Below, one piece after another: positions 26,780-39,827 of a stretch of DNA of 64,000 nt (position 1 is the first letter of the stretch; each line of letters opens with the position of its first letter). Both the position numbers and the translations under genes were made by a program. The notes below the pieces were generated by a model. That model searched no databases. It had not been told where the DNA came from and saw only the letters and a list, made by a program, of their open reading frames with translations. The stretch comes from Squalus acanthias (lineage: Eukaryota), in NCBI GenBank assembly GCA_030390025.1, contig CM059432.1, positions 11,408,001 to 11,472,000 on the forward strand, read 5' to 3'.

Positions 26780-27710
26780 GCTGGGTATTCTGCGGCGAGT
26801 GACTCTCCAAAGCCTTTCCACCATCTACAGGAAACTCTTTATTAACCGGCACCGACGGGACCGGCGTGGTGCCGGTTTATCGAAAGTACCGGATAACGGA
26901 GAGTTATATCTACCGAGGCTATTTTTAACAAAGAAAAATAAATAAATCAAGAAATGTGCAGTATACAGTATTTGGGTACTTTTGAAAACTACCCCTACTG
27001 ACTAAATCGGCGTTCTCGGACTCGGGATCGGCAACATTGCCAGTTATTTGAGAGGAGTTTTCGAAGTACTCGGCGTTCGCGGAGACTCGACTGCGACTCG
27101 GCAACATTGCCGGTTATTTGAGAGGCGTTTTCGGAGGATGATTTTTGCCAGTTAAGCGAGAATTCTGGATATTTGGGTGCCGGATAAACAAAAGTTTCCT
27201 GTACAAGGCACAAGTCAGGAGTGTGATGGAATAATCTCCACTTGCCTGGATGAGTGCAGCTCCAACAACACTCAAGGAGCTCGACACCATCCAGGACAAA
27301 GCAGCCGCTTGACTGACACCCCATCCACCACCTTAAACATTCACTCCCTCCACCGTGGCTGCAGTGTGTACCATCTACAAGATGCATTGCAGCAACTCGC
27401 CAAAGCTTCTTCGACAGCACCTCCCAAACCCTCGACCTCTACCACCTAGAAGGACAAGGGCAGCAAGCGCATGGGAACACCACTACCTCCAAGTTCCCCT
27501 CCAAGTCACACACCATCCTGACTTGGAAATATATCGCCGATCCTTCATGGTGGCTGGGTCAAAATCCTGGAACTCCCTACCTAACAGCACTGTGGGAGTA
27601 CCTTCACCACACGGACTGCAGCGGTTCAAGAAGGCGGCTCACCACCACCTTCTCAAGGGCAATAAATGCTGGCCTTGTCAGCGACGCCCACATCCCATTA
27701 ATTAATTTAA
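26780..27710 (+). mobile_element. CR1-clade LINE 3' fragment (same family as 7262-9642), interrupted by a MITE
   Basis: Close match to 9050-9630; sequence resumes exactly after the MITE. Confidence 0.85.
26828..27201. mobile_element. Tc1/mariner-type MITE, copy 2
   Basis: CAGGAAACT...AGTTTCCTG TIRs; TA duplication demonstrable because it splits the host LINE sequence CATCTA|CAAGGC. Confidence 0.88.
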
Positions 27711-28097
27711 AAAATATATAAATCCGGCACTCTTAGGCAGCCCTGAGTTCCTGCGTGTACATCACCCTAGAATGCAAGTTAATGCGCACTGCATTCCAGG
27801 GCTTACAATCCAATAGCTGAAGCTTTACAAATCAGAACCCAAGTAACAGGTTGTAGCAGCTTGATTTGCTTCAGTCTTGAACATGTTGTGGGGTAAACCA
27901 AAATGATCAGCCAGCATGTTTGGAACTGAATTTCAGTTAAATTCCATCCCTCTAGTTCCAATGGTGCAGGGTATCAAGAGATCTCAGTATAACTTGTGCC
28001 ACACTGCACCCTGCAGAGTTACACAGCAAAACTTCATCCTCAGTCTGTGACCATCACCAGGACCCAGGTCTAGCACCAGACATATCAAAACTCCTAC

Positions 28098-28271
28098 CTG
28101 TCACTGTAGAGCGATTTTGTGATGCCCCCTCCTGGGATGTAGATCTCCTGCTCCACCTCACTAATGCCAGGGAAGGCCGCTACCCTTTCCAGCTCTTTCC
28201 ATTTGAGGGTCTGGAACTGGTCTCCCACAATGGTCTGCAGAGCAGGTGTTGCCAAATATCGTAGCGGAGTG
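28098..28271 (-). CDS. PSMG2: PSMG2 exon 5 (174 nt)
   Basis: cacag/gtagga boundaries; TPLRYLATP...LKWKELE...IYIPGGGITKSLYSD. Confidence 0.93.
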
Positions 28272-28280
28272 CTGTGAAGA

Positions 28281-30130
28281 TCATAGAATCATAGAAAGTT
28301 ACAGCACGGAGTGAGCCATTTCGGCCCATCGTGTCCGCGCCGGCCAACAAAGAGCTATCCAGCCTAATCCCACTTCCCAGCTCTTGGTCCGTAGCCCTGC
28401 AGGTTAGAGCATCACAAGTGCACATCCAAGTACTTTTTAAATGTGGTTAGGGTTCCTGCCTCTACCACCCTTTCAGGCAGTCAGTTTCAGACCCCCACAA
28501 CCCTCTGGGTGAAGAAATTTCCCCTCAAATCCCCTCTAAACCTTCCACCAATCACTTTAAATCTGTGCCCCCTGGTTTTTGACCCCTCTGCTAAGGTCCT
28601 TTCTATCCACTTTATCTAGGCCCCTCAATTTTATACACTTCAATAAGGTCTCCCCTCAGCCTCCTCTGTTCCGAGGAAAACAGACCCAGCCTAACCAGTC
28701 TTTCCTCATAGCTAAGATTCTCTACTCCTGGCAACATCCTTGTAAATCTCCTCTGTACCCTCTCTAGTGCAATCACATCTTTCCTGTAACGTGGTGACCA
28801 GAACTGCACGCAGTACTCTAGCTGAGGCCTAACTAGTGTTTTATACAGTTGAAGCATAAACCCCCTGCTCTTGTATTCTATGCCACGGCTAATAAAGGCA
28901 AGCATTCCGTATGCCTTCTTAACCACCTTATCTACCTGGCCTGCTACCTTCAGTGATCTGTGGACATGCACTCCAAGGTCCCTTTGCTCCTCTACACTAC
29001 TCAGTGTCCTACCATTTAATGTGTATTCCCTTTCCTTGTTAGCCCTCCCCAAATGCATTACCTCACACTTCTCCGGATTGAATTCCATTTGCCACTGTTC
29101 TGCCCACCTGACCAATTTATTGATATCTTCCTGCAGTCTACAGCTTCCTTCTTCAGTATCAACCACATAGCCGATTTTAGTATCATCTGCAAACTTCTTA
29201 ATCATACCCCCTATATTCAAGTCTAGATCGTTGATATATACCACAAAAAGCAAGGGACCTAGTACCGAGCCCTGCGAAACCCCACTGGAAATAGCCTTCT
29301 CGTCACAAAAACACCCATCAACCATTACCCTCTGCTTACGAACATATGAATTAGGAGCAGGAGTAGGCCACTTGGCCCTTTGAGCCTGCTCCGCCATTCA
29401 ATAAGATCATGGCTGATCCGATTACTCCACATTCCCGCCTACCCCCGATAACTTTTCACCCCCTTGTTTACCAAGAATCTATCTGTCCTTCCTGTCTCCG
29501 AGCCAGTTTTGAATCCAACTTGACACTTTGCCCTGGATCCCATGGGCTTTTAACTTCGTGACCAGTCTGTCATGTGGAACCTTATCAAAAGCTTTGCTAA
29601 AGTCTGTATACACTACATCAAACACACTACTCTCATCTACCCTCCTTGTTACCTCCTCAAAAAATTCAATCAAGTTTGTCAGACACGACCTTCCCTTAAC
29701 AAATCCGTGCTGACTACCCTTGATTAATCCGTGTCTTTCTAAATGAAGATTTATCCTGTCCTTCAGAATTCTTTCCAATAATTATCCCACCACCGAAGTT
29801 AGGCTGACTGGCCTGTAATTACTCGGTCTATCCTTTTCTCCCTTTTTAAACAAGGGTACCACATTAGCAGTCCTCCAGCACCACACCTGAAGCCAGTGAG
29901 GATTGAAAAATGATGGTCAGGGCCTCTGCTATTTCCTCTTTTGCTTCGCTTAACAGCCTGGGATACATTTCATCCGGGCCTGGGGATTTATCCACTTTTA
30001 AAGCTGCTAAACCCATTAATACTTCCTCTCTCACTATGTTTATTTCATCTAATATTTCACACTCCTCCCCCGATAGCAATGTCTGCTTCGCCACTCTCCT
30101 TTGTAAAAACAGACGCAAAGTATTCATTAA
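28281..30130 (-). mobile_element. CR1 LINE 3' half with a nested CR1 3'-end fragment (~29338-29482)
   Basis: RT ORF pieces KSPGPD, QHGFVKGRSCLTNL, FADDTK, RRLRGDLIE; TTCTATGA tail repeats at ~28281-28297. Confidence 0.88.
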
Positions 30131-31739
30131 GAACCCATTAAGATGGAACGCAGTTTCTAAAGTGTTTGACTGCATTGGTAGAATTTTAAGTTTCATGCTG
30201 ACTTTCCTTTCCTTTGATACAATTTAACAAGCAATTAAGAAGCGTGCACCCTTTCTCATATTTTATACAGGTGTTAGAGCAAGCAGAGTTAAATATAACC
30301 CCCCGCCCATCACCTCCCACTACTTGTCCACTAGGAAGAACTATGTCCATTTCTAACTTTTCCAAACACCCACAATCAGAAAGGTCTCCAGCTAAAAACA
30401 CTTTCCACCCTCAACTTGTGTGACAATTTGAAATTCTACACAAATCGGATGTGTGAATAAATTAATATGCAACAGTTCTTGCAAGGTGAAGGCTAATTAA
30501 AAGTAAGTGAAATGCATCTAAGAAAAAAAAAATCCTCACAGGATTTCCAGACACACAACGTTAGATTATTAGGTTCTTTGTTATCACAACAGTGTCTAAA
30601 ATCTACAATACACTAAATAATCCCAAACAGCCTTGTAACAAGAGTAAATATGGACAACATTTAACTAAACTAACAGCAGTACAAGAATGTCAGAAATAGC
30701 AGACACTTGTTAATTGTTTAACTTGCTCTTACAGACTTGTTCCTATCTCTAAATACAAAGCAGTCCACTACTGCCTGCGCCCCCTCCCCTCAGGATAAGG
30801 GGTCGGCAATTTAAGACGGAGATGAGGAGGAATTTCTTCACTCAGGGGGTTGCGAATCTTTGGAATTTTCTACCCCAGAGGATGCTCAGTTGCTGAGTAT
30901 ATTCAAGACTGAGATCGATAGATTTTTGGACTCGTGGGGAATCAAGGGATATGGGGATCGGGCGGGAAAGTGGAGTTGAGGTTGAAGATCAGCCATGATC
31001 TTATTGAATGGCAGAGCAGACTCGAGGGGCTGAACGGTCGACTCCTGCTCCTAATTCTTATGTACCAGTAAAATCAGACCACAAATCAGTAGAAAGGCTG
31101 AAAGCTTTCACATTATACAGACTCCTAGGTTACTAGTTAGTATACACACAAACTTGATGAATTTATTTTGCTGGAAATCACAGATGGAATGCTAAGCTTC
31201 ACTACAGAGATTGCTTTGACATTTTGAATGCTGGTGCTGTATACATTTCTATCCTGCTCGTGAAGAAGCTTGTTCAAAGAAACCTGATTAGAAATGAGGC
31301 AGAAACTGTTGTCCTCTCCTGAATATGCTGACTCTTACCAAGGTGCAGTTCCACAAGTGACACCAGCCCTCTGATACCTCACCCCAAGTGGCTAATCTTT
31401 TACATGTGAGCTTAGACAAGTGTCAGCAGGTGATTCAACCATGGGAATATCACAACTGATCCTGCTCTTCCCAGCTGTGGGCAGTTAAATAACATCAGGA
31501 GCAGGATCTTTGCGGATTCATTCCTCCCCGCACCCCCCCCCCCCTTTTCATAGTCCAGACACACCTAGGCCAACTGAAGTGGCCCTGGGCAGCCCTTGCT
31601 GAGACCAGCTAACACAGCAGAGAGCTAGGATCAGACCTGATCTCCTTGGCTCAGTACGACACCATTCACCCACTGAACGTTTGAAAACCTAATTTTAACC
31701 ATTGTTAAAAGTCAAAAGTTATGTTGCTGCTGAACCTAC

Positions 31740-31858
31740 CCAACGAGCTGCTGGTCTACACGGTGGTGGGCGTGGCTGCTGGACAGGACCACGACTCTGC
31801 TGAATTCACTCTCTTTGATCCAAGAAAGGAGTTGCTGTCGGAATGAGCGGTGTTTACC
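31740..31858 (-). CDS. PSMG2: PSMG2 exon 4 (119 nt)
   Basis: ttctag/gtaggt boundaries; GKHRSFRQQLLSWIKESEFSRVVVLSSSHAHHRVDQQLVG. Confidence 0.92.
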
Positions 31859-32977
31859 CTAGAAAGGGCAGATGAAACTCTGGTTATTACACAGAAATTA
31901 CAGCACAGAAACAGGCCATTTCTATGCCGGTGTTTATGCTCCTCACGAGCCTCGTCCCACCCCTCTTCATCTAACTCTATCAGCATATCCTTCTATTCCT
32001 TTCTCCCACATGTACTTATCTAGTTTCCACTTAAGTGTATCTATTCTACTCCTTGTGGTAGTGAGTTCCACATTCTAACCACTCTCTGGGTAAAGAAGTT
32101 TTAGGGAGTTTAACACCCTGCTTATTTGAGTTAAAATAAAACAGATGGAGAGCAGCTCGATACTAAAGGAAGGAATGGAGCTCTTTCCACCCCAAGAGGT
32201 AATAGATCATAAGACAGGTTTGGATGAACAAAAGCCCGTTCGGTCTCATCCTTCCAAAAGAGCAACCCTACCATTTCTCCAATGAAACGCTTCGCTGTTT
32301 CTTAAATGAGGCAAATGTCCTGACTTCAAAAGGAATGGGCTTCCTGTATCTAAAACATTATTACATTCTGAAATGAGAAATGATTTAATGCACTGCCTTT
32401 TCATTTAAGGACAGGAGATGTGTTGCTACTATAACCACCAGGTCTTTAACACGAGAGCAAACTGTATTCAATCATCTGAACGTACAACTTCATCAGAACG
32501 ATCACCACCTTGCTCGCAAACATTTATGCATTTGACATGGTGAAGGGCAGATCACAATCAATTTTTGTTTGAAAGCAAGTCTTTTACAGTTTGGTTTAGA
32601 GACAGAATACCAAATTATAAAGCTCAGAATGGCCAGGCAGTGAAGGGAACAGGGCAGCACAGTATACATAAAAATCCTATGCATCCCAATTAACTAGCAG
32701 ATTACCTATGGTGTTGTTCACAGGTAGTCTGGGGGTTTAAGTATGCCTTTGCTGTTTAGCTGTGTTTAACCTGCCCTGCATCTTTAAAAACTAGTGGACA
32801 AGTGGTTTAAATAGAGACATTCGGAGATCGGTTAAAAGCTAATTGCTGGGCAAGCTTCTTTAGATTGGCAGTTACTTGTAAATCCCTGATTCCTGCTCTT
32901 CGGGATCAGAAAACAAAATAGAACAAGGAATGACTTGCTTGTCTTGTTTTGGTTTAGATGGCATATGCAGTCGATCT

Positions 32978-33235
32978 TTGGCCAGGACACCGGGGATAAC
33001 TCCCCTGCTCTTCTTCGAAATAGTGCCATGGGATCTTTCATGTCCACCCGAGAGAGCAGACGAGGCCTCGGCTGAACGTCTCATCCGAAAGACAGCACCT
33101 CTGACAGTGCAGCACTCCCTCGGCACTGCACTGGAGTGTCAGCATAGATTTTGTGCTCAAGTCTCAGGATTGGGACTTGAACCCACGACCTTCTGACTCA
33201 GGCGAGAGTGCTGCACACTGAGCCACGGCTGACAC
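32978..33235 (-). mobile_element. Deu-domain tRNA SINE, 5' half
   Basis: Reverse complement of the SINE head and central domain seen at 26205. Confidence 0.8.
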
Positions 33236-34665
33236 CATTCTTTCTCATACTTTAGACACTCTGAAAAGTGACATATGTACACTTCAGTAAAGTGCAGTAA
33301 CAATTTTCAGTAATAAGCTCAAGTGTGTTTGGTAAGTAATATATAAAATATGCTACCAACACATGTAGCATGGCCAGGAGGGATCTCGGGTTCAATTTCT
33401 ATTGTTAGTTAATCTCAGCCAGAATGGCAGTGCAAAAATTACAATTGGCCAGTATGCCCGCTGGTTCCTGTCTAAACGACCCAGTGTGTGGACGTTGAGT
33501 GAGTATAAGAACAGAGCTCACCTGTGATGATGCCACTTAGCTCACAATGTGAAGAATGGCCATTTGGGCGAGGCAATGGGAGGGTGCCAGCTCCCAGTCT
33601 ATGCCATAATGAGTCGATGACTTTATGAAACAGAGAAAAAAAATAGGGGTAAAATAAAATGCCTATTTTGTAGCCATGGTATCATTCGTTTTGGCGATGG
33701 TGAACACAAGTAACAGTGCATGAATGGACTGACGAAACACATTGCTAGGGAATATCATTCTAACTTGCACTGCATTTCTGATGTGGTGGAGCCTGTAACC
33801 GTCATTAACTTTTTCCGTACACATCTGCCCAAAGCCTGAACAGACATTCAAACCAAAAGGTTCCAGAGATGGTCAGATGTCAAAACGCAGAGCAAGAGTT
33901 TGGGCTTTCTCCCAACACTTCTGAATTCTGCTCACGTTAAAAGGCATATTCAATAAGTGGACCGAGTCTGTTATGAACTGTGAACTGGATAGTGTGCCCT
34001 TGGAATTAACAATATTTCCAATTGCTGGATCGACTGCATTTAGGATGTCCACCAGATTCTTCTCATTCATGTGAAAGGCACAAATACCACATCATACCAA
34101 TGCATACTGGTTAAAATAAAATCAGGCTGAATAATACTTGGAAGCAGTGTGACAAAGAAAGATATTGAGACTTAAAAAATAAATTCAACCACAAGGAGGG
34201 GAAATCTTTCTTTAGAATGTGTTTTACAGTTTGATAAGTGACAGGATTTCGGAATGAAACAAACTTTCCATGAACTTCACAATACAATATTGTATGTGGA
34301 TGACGTCAATTTCCAGGCATTCCGAACATGAAGTTCAGATCTCTAGCCAAGAAAAGCAGGAGATAATTCTCCAGTACTAAAACAGTTCAAAGGTCTCAGA
34401 AGTCCAAGCTGTTTAATCAACCACGATTAGTCACAATGGTGTCATCCAGGTCTCACATACTTGCTGAATGCCTTGATGCAATTCCGTTCGTGCTGAAACA
34501 AAGTCTCTATATGGAAACTAATTTTCAGTTCAATCAACTTGTCCCAGACATCTCATCTCCCATTTTCATAATTTGGTGAGGGCAAACAGCTTCATTTAAA
34601 TTCCCACTGTTTTAAAACACCATTGAACAAAGACAGAAATCTCCCGAGTTAGTTACAGTGAATAC

Positions 34666-34724
34666 CTGAACAATTGGGGAACGAATCTGCAGGACTGCCA
34701 ACTTCTGCTCCGCCGATGCATAAA
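34666..34724 (-). CDS. PSMG2: PSMG2 exon 3 (59 nt)
   Basis: ttacag/gtattc boundaries; VYASAEQKLAVLQIRSPIVQ; phases fit exons 2 and 4. Confidence 0.9.
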
Positions 34725-35049
34725 CTGTAAACAGAGAGAAAATCAACACATGAAGCACAAGAGGCCACCAAATTATCACACTGACGTTTTCGCAGTTATC
34801 GGAACCAGTTTATTTATAATATACCACATCCTCAAGAAAAAAAACTTCCATTCCTGTCAGGAAAATGAGCAACACCAAGGACTACTCCTTCGCAATTAGA
34901 ACAAGAAACCAATTTCTGGATGTAATTATAATAACTACATAATAACTGTAATTAAAATGGCTGCCTTTGGAAGCCATACAAAGAGGTCTGTTCGTGAGAG
35001 GTCTGCTCCAGAGAAAGACAGACTTGCAAAGAAAAATTTACATTTATAT

Positions 35050-35940
35050 AGGACCATAGGAACAGGAGTAGGCCATTCAGCCCCTCGAGCTTGTTCAGTC
35101 ATTCAATTCGATCATATCTGATCTGTATCTTAACTCCATCTACCCGCCTTGGTTCCATATCCCTTAACACCTCTACCTAACAAAAATCTATCAATCTCAG
35201 TGTTGAATTTTAAAAAATTGATCCAGCCGCTCAGCTTTTTTTTTTCCCGGGGGAGGGGGAGGGGTGGAGAAAGAGAGATGGGGAAGAGCGCTCCAGATTT
35301 CCACTACCTTTGTGTGCTTCCTGACAGCACCCCTGAACAGCCTAGCTCTAATTTTAAGGTTATGCCCCCTTGTTCTGGCCTCCCCCACCAGAGGAAATAG
35401 TTTCTCCCTATCAAATCCTTTAATCATCTTAAACACCTCAATTCGATCACCCCATAATCTTCTATACTCAATGGAATACTTGACTAGTCTATGCAACCTG
35501 TCTTCATAATTTAACACTTTTAGCCCCAGTATCATTCCAGTGAATCTGCACTACATCCCTCCAAGGCCAATATATCCTTCCTGAGGTGCAATGCCCAGGA
35601 CTGGACACAGTGCTCAAGGTGCAGTCTAACCAGAGCTTTATACAACTGTAGCATAACTTCCACCCCTTTGTATTTCAGCCCCCTTGAGAGAAAATGTTAG
35701 CCTTTTTAATTATTTTTTGTATTTGTCCATTAGTTTTTAGTGATTTCTGTACTTGGGCCCCTAAATCTCTCTGCTCCTCCACAGTTCCCAGCTTCTCACC
35801 ATTTAGAAAATACTTTGATCGGTCTTTCTTGTGGATGACCTCACCCTTTCCCACATTGAACTCCATCTGCCACAATTTTGCTCACTCACTTGTCCTGTTG
35901 CAACTTTGTGGTCTTAGGTACACTACTTACTGTGCTACCT
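35050..35940 (-). mobile_element. CR1 LINE 3' fragment
   Basis: WQMEFNVGK, QRDLG, EYRRLWGDRIEVFK fragments and CR1 3' UTR. Confidence 0.82.
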
Positions 35941-36554
35941 AACTTAGTGGCGCCTTTAATGTTCTCAGGATGTCCTAAAGTGCTTTACTGCCAATGAAGT
36001 ACTTTTGAATTGTAGTCATTGTTTGTAAAGGTAAAGGATTTCCTTTGTTGCCTTCTGTTTCAGCTAGGAGGACAGGGCTGGCTGGGCTGAGCTAACATAG
36101 GCTCTGTTAACACGGAGTGGCCACACTGGAAGCTTAGTGAGGCACTGTCAAAACTCAAGAATTGAGGGCAGGTAAGTCTAAGGTATGGACCTAAACTTGT
36201 GGAACGAACCCATAAGATGCATCAGCTCCTCGAGTCTCATTCCTCAATACCTTTTGCATCCACTGCCGAAAATGGATTTGCAAGATGTAACTAAATATAT
36301 TGAAGTCAGATGTAATTAAGTTATGAGAATTTATATTTATTAAAGCGTCAGATAACAAACTCCCCAAAAGACTTGCATTTCTATAGCGCCTTTCACGACC
36401 ACCAGATGTCCCAAAGCGCTTTACAGCCAATGAAGTACTTTTGAAGTGTAGTCACTGTTGTAATGTACAGAACGTGGCAGCCAATTTGTGCACAGCAAGC
36501 TCCCACAAACAGCAATGTGATAATGAGCAGATAACCTGTTTTAGTGATGTTGAT

Positions 36555-39102
36555 TAGGATTGCGAAGGGGTGGAAAGTTTCCGGAAATTTTCCACGGGAA
36601 GTTTAGCTTGGGAATTTTGCCCAAAAAGCACATGCTAGCATAATATTGTTTCTTTTGTATTTCTTTCTTTTTTTTCCCCACAGGTCCTCTCCTAAAATTA
36701 CTAACAGAGATGGAATCTTAATTATTAAGGAATTTCTTAATCAATATATGTTTATCTTACTTGGCTTGTTTTAATAATTACAAGTTTTGTGTGTGACTGT
36801 GAACAAATGTGTCCCGATTGGTTGGATGAGTGGATGAGCGATTAGCTCCCTCTACTGGTGATGTAGCGTCGTGCGTGCACAGGTCATGCTTCCATCACAT
36901 GGAGCATCAGGAAAAATTTACTCACCCTGTTGCAATCGTGCTGATCAACCGCAGTTCGACACAGAGACGAATGCCCTTTATTTCTCTCCATAGAACAATG
37001 CCACGTTTACCGTCGGATGTGTGGAAGCATTTTACCCCAGGCATTAAAGATGGAAAGACTGTGTACATGTGCAAACACGGTACAAAGTCATATGTAAAGA
37101 ATGCCACAAAGATGCAGCAGCATTTATCCAAATGCAACAACTTCACTCAAAGCTCACAGCAGTCAGCCCAGAGTTCCTCTGCTTCCATTCAAGAAGGTGA
37201 TGGTTCACATTCAGCATCAGGCTCCTTATCATCAGCAACTCCTGGCCCATTTGGAAGGTTCTTTGATACAATGGATAACCATAGCCAGAAGAATGCCTTG
37301 CTCGAGCTGTATATGCGACAGGCTCACCCCTCATGCTCACAGCCAATGTGTACTGGAAGTGATTTTTCAATGTTACTCGCCCTCCATACTGTCCTCCCAC
37401 CAAACATGCTTTGTCTAGTTATTTGCTGGAGGCTGAGTATAACAGAGTCCAAGGAAAGCTCAAAGAAACGATAGAGATGGCAGACTGTGTTGCAGTTATC
37501 TCAGATGGGTGGTCAAATGTACGAGGGGAGGACATCATAAACTACATCGTCTCCACTCCTCTCCCAGTGTTCTTCAAGAGCACAGACACGAAGGACAACA
37601 GACACATACATTGCTGATGAGCTGAAAGCGGTCATCAACGATCTTGGATCACAAAAGGTCTTTGCAGTAGTTACTGACAATGCTGTGAATATGAAGGCTG
37701 CTTGGGCTCAAGTGGAGGAGGCCTACCCTCATATTACATCTATTGGGCTCGCAGCTCATGGGCTCAACCTGCTCCTCAAGGACATCATGGGTTTGAGAAC
37801 CATGGAAACACTGTACAAGAGAGCCAAGCAAGTTGTTAAGTATGTCAGGGGAAAACAGGTAGTTGCAGCAACCTACAACTCCAAGCAAACAACAAAGAAC
37901 AAGAACACCACACTGAAGCTGCCTAGCAACACTAGATGGGGTGGCGTTGTCATAATGTACAACAGCCTTCTGGAGGGTAAGAAGTCACTGCAAGAAATGG
38001 CAATATCCCAGTCTGGGGATATGGAAACCACCATCAAGAAAATACTGCTGGATGATGTGTTTTGGGAGAGAGTGGTTAGCAGCCTTAAACTACTCTCACC
38101 AGTAGCATCTGCAATTGCTCAGATTGAAGGAGATGACGCTGTCTTGTCAGATGTTCTCAGGCTTTTTGCTGATTTAAAAGAACAAATCAGCATTGCCCTA
38201 CCCACATCCCTGCTGCTCAAAGCAGAGAAGGCAATTGTTCAATTCATACAGACGCGTCAAGAATTTTGTGTCAAGTCGATTCGTGCTGCAGCATACATGC
38301 TGGACCCAAAGCATGTTGGGAGACCGATACTTTCTGGAGAACAGATCAACAGCGCTTACAGTGTGATTTCTACCCTCTCACGCCACCTCAATCTGGACGT
38401 GGGCAAAGTTCTGGGAAGTCTGGCAAAGTTCTCTACCAAGCAAGATCTTTGGAATGGGGACAGGATATGGGAATCATGCAAGCATATCAGTACACATACC
38501 TGGTGGAAGGGACTTTGTGCATCTGAGGCCCTGTCACCCATTGCATCGGTGATACTCCAAATCCCACCTTCATCAGCGGCCTCTGAACGAAACTGGTCAC
38601 TTTTTGGGAATACGCATACAATGGTGCGCAACAGGCTGACTAACTAGAGAGTGGAGAAACTGGTGGCTATCCGGGCGAACCTACAACTTATTGAGCCAGA
38701 TACAGAAGTGTCCACCACACAGCTAGACAGTGACACAGAGGAGGAAATGGACACGTCAGAGCCAGAGTCAGAGAATCAGGAGGAGCAATGATGAGTAGAA
38801 GACTCAAAGGGACAAAATAAGGACAAATTACAGGCTAAAATAAGCTGACGCTCTTTTTATTTTATTTTAGATGGGTCTTTTTTGTGGGGGTTCAAAAAAG
38901 TTCAAAAATTATAACCTAAATAAAGTTTTGAAAGCCTGTTTTTATTTGTATGGAACAGTATGTCTATTTTGATGACAAAGATAACATAAGGGTCAGAGAC
39001 AAAAACCATCAGTGTGCAAAAAAACTCTAAATTCCCATAAATTCCCGAAAATTCCCATGGAAAGTTTCCTCTTTTACAAATTCCCGGAATTTTGCAACCC
39101 TA
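36555..39102 (+). mobile_element. Full-length hAT DNA transposon with a disrupted transposase
   Basis: Perfect 8-bp TSD ATGTTGAT (36547-36554, 39103-39110); TIRs TAGGATTGCGA / TTGCAACCCTA; subterminal GGAAAGTTTCC and AAATTCCC repeats. Confidence 0.93.
36998..38790 (+). pseudogene. hAT transposase (BED zinc finger, catalytic core, C-terminal dimerisation domain) with at least two frameshifts and an in-frame stop
   Basis: SDVWKHF..YMCKH..MQQHLSKC (BED-like), SDGWSN, VTDNA, AAHGLNLL, TRW, WW..SSAASERNWS..RNRL; split over ORFs 36830, 37411 and 37685; TAG at 38645. Confidence 0.88.
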
Positions 39103-39655
39103 ATGTTGATTGAGGGATAAATATTGGCCAGGACACCGGGGATAACTCCCTTGCTCTTCTCCGAAATAGTGTCATGGGATCTTTTACGTCCACCTGAGAG
39201 CAGATGGGGCCTCGGTTTAATGTCTCATCGAAAGACGGCACCTCCGACAGTGCAGCACTCCCTCAGTACTTTTTAAAGAAAAGGTAAAGGCCAATGAGCT
39301 CTTTTTTGATAGACTTGACCTACCACCCAACTCTATACCTTAATGCTCTCTCTCAACACATCCAATTGCCTCTCAAACGGACTTATACTGTTTCAAATTT
39401 TGGGCAAGACTCCCTTGCGTGGTGCTAACTTCCTCATTTAAATTTGCATTTCTGGTGCTTTAATCGCTTACTACAGTGAACAATTTGCCTCAACTAGTTT
39501 TATTCTTCCCTTTCATAATCTTCAAACCTTCATCACATGGAAGTTTCTGTTTTCCAAAAAAAATTACTCAATGTAAATTCCTAAATACCGAGATCATGTC
39601 ACAGAGTTCTTCCCTCTCGTTCTCCTCAATGCAAAATGCCACTCACTCCACTCAC

Positions 39656-39827
39656 CCTCACAGCTGATGCACATTTCTGCTGAATTCTCTGAAGTTGTTG
39701 CATATGGATTGTTTCCCACCACCGGAAGAAGACAGTCACTGTGGATATAACCAACCCGTGACAAACTGAGTGTAGAGATGATCAGATCCACTGCTAGCTG
39801 ACCAACGTTACCCACAGACACAACTGG
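39656..39827 (-). CDS. PSMG2: PSMG2 exon 2 (172 nt)
   Basis: ttacag/gtgagt boundaries; PVVSVGNVGQLAVDLIISTL..DCLLPVVGNNPYAT. Confidence 0.95.

Larger units (their letters stand above)
36368..39270 (-). mobile_element. Deu-domain SINE split by the hAT insertion (36368-36554 and 39103-39270)
   Basis: SINE sequence TGATGTTGATTGAGGGATAAATATTGGCC is restored when the hAT element and one TSD copy are removed. Confidence 0.85.

Noticed and set aside
33873..33875. In-frame TGA as possible selenocysteine or readthrough codon
   Set aside because: No recognisable selenoprotein context or SECIS; intronic; decay or chance is more likely
36830..38647. Domesticated ZBED-like host gene
   Set aside because: TIRs, TSD, frameshifts and an internal stop show it is a decaying transposon copy
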